From NCBI GenBank assembly GCA_025594325.1, contig JANHCV010000004.1, positions 1,798,001 through 1,862,000 of the forward strand: 64,000 nt of DNA, in the 5' to 3' direction. This DNA comes from Blastocladiella emersonii ATCC 22665 (taxonomy: Eukaryota; Fungi; Blastocladiomycota). Positions 55,201 through 64,000 of the stretch are shown piece by piece (positions within the stretch are counted from its first letter, which is position 1; every line of letters begins with the position of its first letter). The notes under the pieces were generated by a model. It made no database searches. It saw only the letters and a program-made list of their open reading frames with translations, and was not told the origin of the DNA. Made by a program: the position numbers and the translations under genes.

Positions 55201-57445
55201 GCGGTTCGCCCTGCGCGAGGAACGCCTCGAGGCCGTCGAGGCCATGGTCCAGCTCGCCGGCCTCAGCAGGGCGTGTGCCCCCGGCACCCCGCTCGACATG
55301 TCCGCGACGTCGGCGCTTCTGCACACGGCGCAGTCGGTCGCGCCCGCGCTCGGCGAGGCGTGGGAGCCCGTCCTCGCGGTGCTCTCGGAGCTCGACAAGC
55401 GCGGCATCGCCCTTGACAACGAGACCACGGTCCAGGTCGACTGCGTCTTCACCAACACGGCGCACTGGCCCGCGCCCGCCCTCATCCACTTCATCACGGC
55501 GCTGTGCCACGTGTCGGGCACCGAGGTCGCCGACAAGCGCAGCTACTCGCTGCAGCGGCTCGTCGAGGTGGCCTCGTACAACATCAACCGGATCCGGTTC
55601 GAGTTCAACCAGATCTTCCGGCTCGTGCTGGGCTACTTTGAGGACGTGGTGCGCACCGACGAGGACATCGCGCGGTTCGCCGTCGACAGCCTGCGGCAGC
55701 TCACGTCCAAGTTCCTCGAGCGCGACGAGCTCGCGCACTTCAACTCGCAGGTCGAGTTCATGCGGCCGTTCCACAACATGATGGTCCACGCCACGTCGGC
55801 GCAGCTCCAGGAACTCATCCTCATCTCGCTCATGCAGCTCGTCCAGGCGCGGTTCCGCAACATGAAGTCCGGGTGGAAGGCCGTGTTCCCCGTGGTCTCG
55901 CTCGGCAAGTCGCACGCCATCGCCAAAGACATCCTCGTCCTCGTCCACCGCCACCTCGCCGAGCTCCAGCACGTCGCCGCCGTCCAGGACTACGTCGCGT
56001 GCCTCGCCGACGTCTGCAGCATCGTCGACTCGACCGAGCTCCTCGACATCCTCGTCGGGATCCCGACCGACCGCCCGCACGTCCTGCGCGGCCTCGTCAC
56101 CGTCATCCTCACCCAGCCCGTCCTCGCGATCCGCAGCCGCGCCGTCGACGCCCTCTTCTCCGCGATCCAGGCCAGCGGGAACTCCCTGCTTGGCACCCCG
56201 GCCGCCGCCGCAGAGACGTGCGACGCGATCCTCTTCCCGCTGTTCCGCGACAACGCCCGCCTCGACGTCGTCTGGGTCCAGGCCCTGCAGCGGTACGTGC
56301 GTCTCTGGATGGCGTACCCGGGTAGCGCCACGCTCGCCGGCGTGTGCCGCGTCATCGCGCTCTCGGTCGAGCAGCACAACGAGAACATCGCCCAGTGCGC
56401 CGTCATCTGCTTCCAGGAGATGCTCAAGCACGTCGTCGCCAACGGGACCCCGCCGCAGGCCGCGGCGACTTCGGGTACCGGGTCCGTAGCGGGCACGCCG
56501 ACCGTCAGCAACGGCGGCGGTGGGAGCGGGCTCGCCGCGGCAGCCGCGGCCGAGGCGTTGCAGGCGTCGTGGCCGACGCTCATCTCGACGCTGACCAAGA
56601 TCGCGCAGTCGACGCTGCCGCGCGGCCTCGAGCTGTCGGCGCCGGCGCCGGGGGACGTGGACGCGCCCGTCGCGCCCGACTTCGCCTTCACGACGCAGCA
56701 GTGCGCGATCCACCTGCTGCTGCTGACGAACCTGCAGCCGTTCCTGGCCGCGTCCCCGCCGCACCCGAGCGTCCCGCTCGACTTCTACGCGGCGGTCCTC
56801 CCGTCGCTGCGCGCGTCGTGCGATTTCGCCGCCGCATTCAACAACAACGTCGACCTGCGCACGCGCATCTGGCGCGCGGGGCTCACGGCGAACCCGCCCA
56901 ACTTGCTGAGGCAGGAGGCGCTCACGACGGCGCTGATCCTGACCACGCTCATGTGCATCACCCACGCGTTCGCGGGCCAGGAGGTCCGGTACGTCCGCGC
57001 GCTGCAGGACGCGGGGGATGACCTGATCGACGAGTTCTTGGGTCTGCCTGCGGCGATCACGGCGTCCGCGTCGCCACTCGCGATCAAGGCGAAACCGTTC
57101 GCCGCGCCCAACGTCGCGCTCCTGTTCAACAAGCTCGCCGACGCCATGTTCGTCGCGCCCGGCGCAACCTCGCTGCTCCCGATCGCGCCCCACTTCTTCC
57201 GCCGCGGACTCGCGCTCTTACGCGAGGACGAGCCCGTCACGCGGGTCGCGGTCGTCGGGTTCCTCGAGCAGGTCACGACGAACGTCCTCGACCCGCTGTG
57301 GGCCGTGTCGATTGCCGCGCCGGCGCCAAGGAAACCGGCAGATGGTGGGCTCGACGTACCGGCTCCTTCGGCTTCGGCGTCGCGGCCATCGACGCCAGTT
57401 GGCGGGAACTCGCCCGTGTCGCCGACGTCGGTCCCGCCTTCTTGA
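52235..57445 (+). CDS. SEC7: Sec7/BIG-family large ARF guanine nucleotide exchange factor
   Basis: Exons 52235-52433, 52492-54857 and 54926-57445. DCB domain, HUS box LYVNFDCD, Sec7 domain FRLPGEAQKIDRFMEKF...AYVLAFSVIMLNTDQH, and HDS YSLQRLVEVASYNINRIRFEF. Confidence 0.95.
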
Positions 57446-57644
57446 CAATGCTGGCCGACTTTTTTTGTACCTCCCTGCCCTCCTCATACCACTCTCTCTC
57501 CCGGACCTCCTTCCAAGTGCCGCTTGCTCGCTGAATAGACCGCTTCCATCATCTCACGAACGCACGGCGTGCCATGTTTGGGGTAACGGGGGGCAAGTGT
57601 ATGGCGGGGTAGTGATATTGGGGGGGTACGGACGAACAGGAATC

Positions 57645-59900
57645 TCACGAGTGCATCAGCATCCACGGGTGCGCCAGCACGTCCTTGAGGCACGCGCGGT
57701 CCTGCGGGTGCCGCTGCAGCATGCGGTCGAGCAGGTCGTACAGCTCGTGGGCGCCGGGGTCTACGGACGGTGGCCATGGTCAGTTCCGGTGGCCTCGAAG
57801 GGTCGTGAAGCGAAGGAGAGGGAGGACGTACAAAACTGGGCGAGCTCCTTGGGCTTCTTGTACACGACGTCGAGCGTGTCCTGCTGCGACTTGAAGGGGA
57901 TCTGGCGGAACACGAGAATGTACAGCAGCACGCCGAGCGCCCAGATCTCCACCTCGGGCCCGCGGTACCGGTACCCCTCGATGATCTCGGGCGCGGCGAA
58001 GTCCATGGTGCCCAGGAACTTGTCGAAGAACGGGCCCTGCGACGGCGGAATGTACGCCGCCGAACCGAAGTCAATCAGCTTAATCACGTAGTTCTCGTCG
58101 ATCACAATGTTCTCGTCCTTGAGGTCGCGGTGGACTAGTTGGTGGGAGCGGGTGAGTTCGTGGCCGCGATGGGTGGGAGAGAAAGGGATGCGACGTACCG
58201 ACGCCGTTGTCGTGCATGTACGACACGACCTCGACGACCTGGCGGAAGATGAACCGCACGACGCCCTCGGGGAAGTAGTCGTCTACAAGCGCACGCGAGA
58301 GGGTCAGTGAACGTTGACGGCGCGTTGCGACGCGAACCCATAACGTACGGGCATCGATGCACTCGAACAGGTCGCAGCTGACGCGCGGGCGGAGCATCTC
58401 GCGCTGCTTAGAGCTGAGGCTCGAGAGCGTGTTGAGGTCGCCCTTGCCCTCGGACCCGACGCGCTGCGCGCGCGGCACCTTGCGCAGTCCCTCGCGCTCG
58501 ATGCCGGCCTGGAGCACCGGGTTGGCCGCGTCCCAGCTGGTGCCGTGGAGCTCGGTGATGGCCATGATGTACTTTTCGTCCTCGAAGCAGTCGATGAGCT
58601 TGACCATGTTCGGGTGCGACAGGTTCTTGAGGAAGAAGATCTCGGACGGCACCATGCCGTACGTCGCGTCCTTCATCCACGCCGTGACGGGGATCTTGTC
58701 CTTGAAAATGAACTTGACGGCCACCTCCTGCGCGCCGCGGAACGCCGTCACCACGAACCCGTACGTCCCGTCGCCGATGAAGTTGGCAAACTCGAGGTCC
58801 TGCATCCCCGCCGGAAGCGGCTTGCGGCCCTCGAGCACCGAAAGCACCTCGTGCAGCCGCCGCTCGCGCTCCGCCAGCGCCTTGGCCTGCTTCTGCTCGG
58901 GCGTCAGCTTCTCGTGCTTGGGCGGCGCGGGCGTCGTCGGCGCCGACTTGGACAGCGACGCGTCGACGACCGCCGACGCCGTGTAGATGTCGTTGGTCGA
59001 CGCGAGCTCCTTGCTGTCGTGCTGCGCCATCGGCTTATCGGCCTCGCGCGACCCCGGCTTGGACGGCGACGACGCGTCCTTGGACTTGCTGCTGCCGCCC
59101 TTGAGCAGTCGCGACAGCAGGCTCTTGGCCGCCGACTTTTTGGGCTCCTTGTCCGCGGTCGCGGCCTGCAGCGGCGGGTACGACCCGGCCTTGTCGACAC
59201 CGCCGGGGAACTTGAGCGAGTTGAGCGACTGCGTCAGCGACTCGGTCGACGACGTGGGCGAGACGGTGAGGTGCGGTGCGGCGACGGCGACGGGCGCGGG
59301 CTTGGACGGCGACGCGTGGTGGCCATGGCCGTCGATGACCGAGAGCGCGCTGGCCGACTTGATCCCGGAGTCGGTGCGCGCGGTACTCGGTGGTGGCGCG
59401 GCGAGGTTCGCCGGGACGTGCGGGGCGGCGATCGGGTACTCGTGAATGGCGGGGAGGTCGGCGATAGTGGTCTCGGAGTGGAACATGGACGAGTTGCCCG
59501 ACGACCCGAGCGCGAGCGGCTTGGGCATGGGCGAGTCGTGCGACCACTTGGCGGACGCGGACGGCGAGCCCGCGGCCGCGTACGGCGAGTGCGTCGACAC
59601 GAGCGACGCGGCCGTCGGCTCGGGAACCATGAGGTACTTGGCCGACTGCAGCGCGGTCATGGCGGCCGTCGCCGAGTACGCAAAGTCGGCCTGGCTCGGC
59701 GCCGACAGCGTCATGTCGCTCGACGCGCGGTCGGGCAGCGTCGTGGGCGCCGAACCGTGGCGCGCAGGCAGCGCCGACGCGACCGGGAGACCCGCGAGCT
59801 TGTTCTGCATGTACTGGTTCTTGGCCGCGTCCTCGGCGCTCGCGACGCCGTTGCCGTTCGTCTGCGAGTTGGACCGCGTGAAGAAGCGGAGCGGCATCAT
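57645..59900 (-). CDS. PASK/Psk-related Ser/Thr kinase without a recognisable PAS domain
   Basis: Exons 59900-58349, 58282-58199, 58134-57832 and 57760-57645. IGDGTYGFV...VAVKFIFKDK...EIFFLKNLSHPNMVKL...ELHG...DLFECID, HRDLKDENIVID, IDFGSA, FLGTMDFAAPE, YRGPEVEIWALGVLLY. Confidence 0.88.
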
Positions 59901-60710
59901 GGGAGCGGGAGCGGGAGATGGAAGATATGGAGACAGCAGCGAGTGAGGGATGGGTATCGGGAGGGAGTGCGCTCGAGGCAGTCGTCGTCGAGGCGTGGAC
60001 GTCTATCCGGTGTAGTCGAGGTAGGAGCGGAGGGGGTGGGGAGCCGTCGAGGTGAGGCGGGTCGTCTATGTTGTATGGAGTGGGGGCAGCCGGAGGCACC
60101 GCTGGACAGTGTGCCAAGGGTGGGGAGTAGCTACGTTGAAGTCAAGGGGGTTGCTGGCGAGAGAGGGAGAAGGGAGGTAAGCGCCGAGGGCCAGATGGAG
60201 AGGTCCGAAGCGCGAGCCGGTCGAGGAGACGCGTTTCTCGTGTCACGTATTTTTCATTCTGCACACGCGCCGCGGGCCACGGCAAGTGCGCGCAACAGTA
60301 TCCCCATTGGCCGAGGTCGCGGCCGTGTGTCCCACCTTGGGCGCGCTGGTATCGGCGCGGGCCGGCCGACTGCGCGCGGGTGGCTGGCGCGCGTGCGTCG
60401 CGTCGCGTCGCGTCGCGTTTCAGCGCGGTGCGAGACACTGTGGGGGAGGTCACGCCGCGACCACATGATTTCCCGCCACGTCCATCGCGACACGTCGGTT
60501 TTCGCGTCTCGTCTCGCGCGCTGCTTCCCGCATCCCGCTCGTGCGCGTGCACCGGCGGGAGACGCGCGAACACTTTCGCCGCCCGCCGTTGTCTGCTTGA
60601 TCGATGTCCCTGGCGGCCGAAGAGTGCGTGGCCGGCCGACCGACCATCAAAGAAAGGGGCCACGGAGGAGACCCGACCAACTCGACACCTACCACCCTAC
60701 GCATGCACCC
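59901..60710. promoter_or_regulatory. Divergent (bidirectional) promoter region with a (GCGTC)n tract at 60395-60418
   Basis: Non-coding gap between the head-to-head kinase (-) and RasGEF (+) start codons, containing gcgtcgcgtcgcgtcgcgtcgcgt. Confidence 0.55.
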
Positions 60711-63452
60711 ATGTCATCCAACTTCCCCGTCGGCGCAGCGCTGAGCGAGACGCCGAGCACGAGCGAGGGCGCGATCCCGCCGCGCCGGCTGTCGGGCGCG
60801 CACACGCCACTGCGTGCAACGACGCCGACGGGCAGCGACCCGACATCGACGTCGCCGCGCGGCAGCTCGCTGCCGCTGACGAGCACCGCGCTCCGCGGCC
60901 GCGTCCACTCGTCCAACAATGCCATCAGCAGCTCGGCGCACGTCGGCGGCGCGCAGTCGCCCGGCTCGTCGCCGACGCGGCGGCACGAGAGCGAGTACTC
61001 GATTGCGCCCGGTGGGAGCTACTTTGGCGCAACGACGGCGGGGAGCTCGGCCGCGATAGAGCGGGTCGGGCTCAAGGGCGGCTCGCCGACCGAGTCGACG
61101 ACGCGCATCAACCGCGCTGGGCCCGGCGGGAGTATCGGCAACCTGTTCCGCATGTCCAAAAAGACATCGAGCTCCGCGAGCCTCATGTCCAACTCGGGCG
61201 TCGGCGGCAGCACGAACCGGTTGTACGGCGGGTTCGATCCGCAGGGCGAGGGTGCGTCGCTTCGTGTTGGGCGAAGCAGTGGCGAGCACTGACCGTCAAC
61301 GCGCGCTTCGTAGACAAGGAGGACTTTCGCGAGTGGTACTCGGAGCTGCTCAGTGGTACACTCCGGCTCTCCTGTCCTCCGCATCTTGTCAGCCCACTCT
61401 CGAATACGTGCGTAGACAACGCAACGATCCCAACACCACCGCCATCCGACACCATCACGCCCGAGTCGGTCCAGCAGTGGTCGCGGACCTCACTGTTCGG
61501 CTCGTCCACGTCGACCTTCGACGCGCTCGACCACGCGCACCGCGTCCTCGAACACGAAGCCGCGCTTGTCCGCGCCGGTACGCTCCCGGCCGTGACCGCC
61601 GCCGCCGGCCGGCCCGCCATCACCGACACGCCGTGGGACGCGGTGGTCCCGCTCGAGCTGCACTTTGACGGTTCCGCGCCACCACCGCCGCTCCCACCAC
61701 CATCCGCCGCTCCCGCCAACGCCGCCGGGACCGAAACCCCGCCACCCTCGCCGTCGCGCAAATCCGCCGCGCCCGCGGTCCTGATCAGCGAGCTGCTGAC
61801 GAACGTGGGCTTCTCGTCCAACAACTCGCGCAAGAACACGGTGCGTTCGCGGCCCAGGGAGATGGACGACTACCAGGTGTACCAGCTGCTGGTGACCCAC
61901 CGGTACCACACGCCGCCGGCGGTGCTGCTCAAGACGCTGCTGACGACGTTCCGCGACCCGGGCACCAAGGACCGCGCCGAGCGCACCCAGATCCAGCGCA
62001 ACATCGAGAAGATCCTGCGCGTGTGGATCAACCTGTTCTACGACGACCTCGTGCTCGCGGGCGCGCAGGCCCCGCTCGCCAAGTTCGTCGCGGACCTCGA
62101 GCAGCACGCCGATACCGCGTCCGCTGACGGGTCCATCTTCCACCTCGTCGGGTGCGCGCTCAAGCCGCTGCTCGCCCTGAAAACCAAGAGCGACGTCATG
62201 GCGCGCATGGCGCGGCTCGCGGCGGGCGGCGGCGGCGGGGGCGCGGGCACGCCGGGTGGCGGCAGCAGCAGCTCGGACCTCACCGGCCTCGCGGCGGCGT
62301 CCGCGGGTCCGATCAACCTCGACACGGCCGAGATCCCGTACGCGCGCGACGCGCTAGCGCGGGCGGACCGGCACTACGCGTCGTCGCTGACGGTGCCCGT
62401 ACTGGACGCGGTCGCGCGCCACGGCGTGCCGCGGACACACGGGTTCCTGCGCCCGCTGCGCGAGTACCTGGCGTACGCGACGGGGCTGCAGCGGTGGGTG
62501 CTGCACTCTGTCGAGGCGCAGCCGACGGCGAAGCGGCGCGCCGTGGTCGTCAAGCGGATGCTCAAGCTGGCCACGGCGTTAGGGGATGTGGGCGCTCTGA
62601 ACGCGGCGGCCGTCGTCGCGGGCGCGCTCAAGCACCCGTGGATCGTGTTCCAGCGGCCCGTCTGGGAGCTGCTCAGCGGCAAGTACATTCTCATGATGCG
62701 CGCGCTGCTCGAGCTCGTCGACGAGAGCGACCACTACGCGCACTACATCTCGGCGCTCACGTCGGCGCCCGCGCCCGCGGGGAACGGGATCGCGGAGACG
62801 CCGCAGGCCAAGGCGCCGTTCCTCGGTACGATTCTGCGCTTTTCCCCGATAAGACGCTGTTCGCTGACCCTTCGTAACGCACGATTTAGCCCTGCACATC
62901 CTCCTGGCAGCCGCGTACCCGACCGACTTCTCGTCGGACACGACGTCCAAGTGGATGGCGCTGTACCAGCCGCTGGTCAAGATCCTGCTCGACATCCAGA
63001 TGCAAACGGGGTCGACGCAGCCGCTGCCGCCGCCCGACGCGGCGCTGACGGCGTTCCTCGCGGGCCAGCCGCCGTTCGACGCCGTGGCCGCGTGGCAGCG
63101 CGATATCCGGCTCGCCGACGACGCCGCGGTCCAGGCCATGATCAAGGCGTACCGGACCAGCAGCGCCGGCGGGACCGGCCGGTCGGGGCCCGGGCACGCC
63201 GCGTCGGCGTCGCTCCTGCGGTCCGTGTCCGGGTCCATCGCGCACATCTTTGGCGGAGGCGGCGGCGGGGGTGGTGGACAAGGCCGGCCGCGAATCGCGA
63301 GCGGGAACATTGCCGCCGCTGCTGCGCCTGTGCCTTCGGAAGGGGCAGCGGCGATGGGGATGGATCCAGGCACGGAGCGCGACTTCTCGACGCTGTACGG
63401 GCTCGCCGAAGACCCGGCGCGGCGAACGAGCGCGGTGCAGGAGGAGGAATGA
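60711..63452 (+). CDS. RasGEF (CDC25-homology) domain protein with a REM-like domain
   Basis: Exons 60711-61251, 61314-61355, 61416-62825 and 62890-63452. YQLLVTHRYHTPPAVLLKTL...IEKILRVWINLFYDD (REM-like) and LQRWVLHSV...RRAVVVKRMLKLA...LNAAAVVAGAL...HYAHYISAL...PFL (CDC25-like). Confidence 0.78.
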
Positions 63453-63523
63453 CGGGCAGCACGACAGGATACATCCTTCTAGCTAGCAATGGTGTGCGTG
63501 TATGCATCAGCGAAATCTATCAC

Positions 63524-64000
63524 TCAAAACTTGGCCGCGGCAACAACCGGCGTGGTGCCAGGATGCAGCGGCGCCTCGTGGTACTTGGGCACGGTGTGCG
63601 GGAACGGCCAGTCGTCGTGCTCGGGCCACTTCCACTCGAGGTGGGTCTCGCGGAACACGTCGACCGACTTGCACTCCTTGAACCGCAGCTTGCTCTCGAA
63701 CAGCTTGCGCGACGCGACGTTGTCCCACCCGACAATCGCGCGGAACACGGACACCTCGGCGGGCTGCACGGGCGCCGCGTCCGACGGCGCCGCCTTGACG
63801 TTGGTGATGGGCACGTGTGAGGGGACCGCCGCGCGCAGGTCCGACCGGATGTGCGCGCGCGCGTACGCCATGATCCACGCCAGCGCGCGCTGCGCCAGCC
63901 CGTGCCCGCGCGCCGACGGCTCGGCGACCATGATCTCGACCTCGGCGGTGCGGTACAGCGGGCGCGAGTCGGTCGCGGACGGCTCCGCGTCTGCGTCCTC
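63524..64000 (-). CDS. NAT9: GNAT N-acetyltransferase, NAT9-like (5' part beyond the window)
   Basis: AEVEIMVAEPSARGHGLAQRAL...FRAIVGWDNVASRKLFESKLRFKECKSVDVFRETHLEW. Confidence 0.8.
   Translation of the reverse strand, partial: EDADAEPSATDSRPLYRTAEVEIMVAEPSARGHGLAQRALAWIMAYARAHIRSDLRAAVPSHVPITNVKAAPSDAAPVQPAEVSVFRAIVGWDNVASRKLFESKLRFKECKSVDVFRETHLEWKWPEHDDWPFPHTVPKYHEAPLHPGTTPVVAAAKF

Overview
This is very GC-rich eukaryotic genomic DNA with short GT-AG introns (mostly about 58-85 nt, donors GTACGC/GTACGT/GTGCGT). The gene set and a CDKL-family kinase suggest a zoosporic (flagellated) fungus, possibly Blastocladiomycota or a chytrid; this is an inference. Most of the window is housekeeping genes: vigilin/Scp160, NOL10/Enp2, an Mpv17/PMP22 protein, Syo1/HEATR3, proteasome alpha-6, an ANK-FYVE-RING protein, PAN2, CDKL, a MEF2-type MADS factor, an Mso1-like protein, Sec7, a PASK-like kinase, a RasGEF and a NAT9-like GNAT. 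Between them lie weakly coding accessory islands (about 12.8-14.9, 25-28.3, 35-37.3 and 44.3-46.9 kb). The most notable feature is missing from the ORF track because its frame has no stop before the window edge. It is a minus-strand Fanzor-type (eukaryotic TnpB-family) RuvC nuclease at <1..1300. All three catalytic residues are intact (GIDPG, NEAYTSKRC, CDRNAALNI) and so is a C4 zinc ribbon, but there is no visible REC/WED lobe. Codon usage is host-like and there is a spliced-looking C-terminal extension. Its first ATG lies in a CATG palindrome that also supplies the ATG of a divergent AT-hook/NLS repeat ORF. A second head-to-head junction at another CATG (4430-4433) joins a 5'-truncated SFT2 gene to an orphan gene tail. 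The left 4.4 kb is therefore a mosaic: either an insertion/rearrangement or an assembly chimera. Other signals are a ~55-bp-arm inverted-repeat element at 45.4-45.7 kb, a recurrent 19-bp motif, several local paralog pairs and a GC-AG intron. All gene models and domain calls were made by eye, without database searches.
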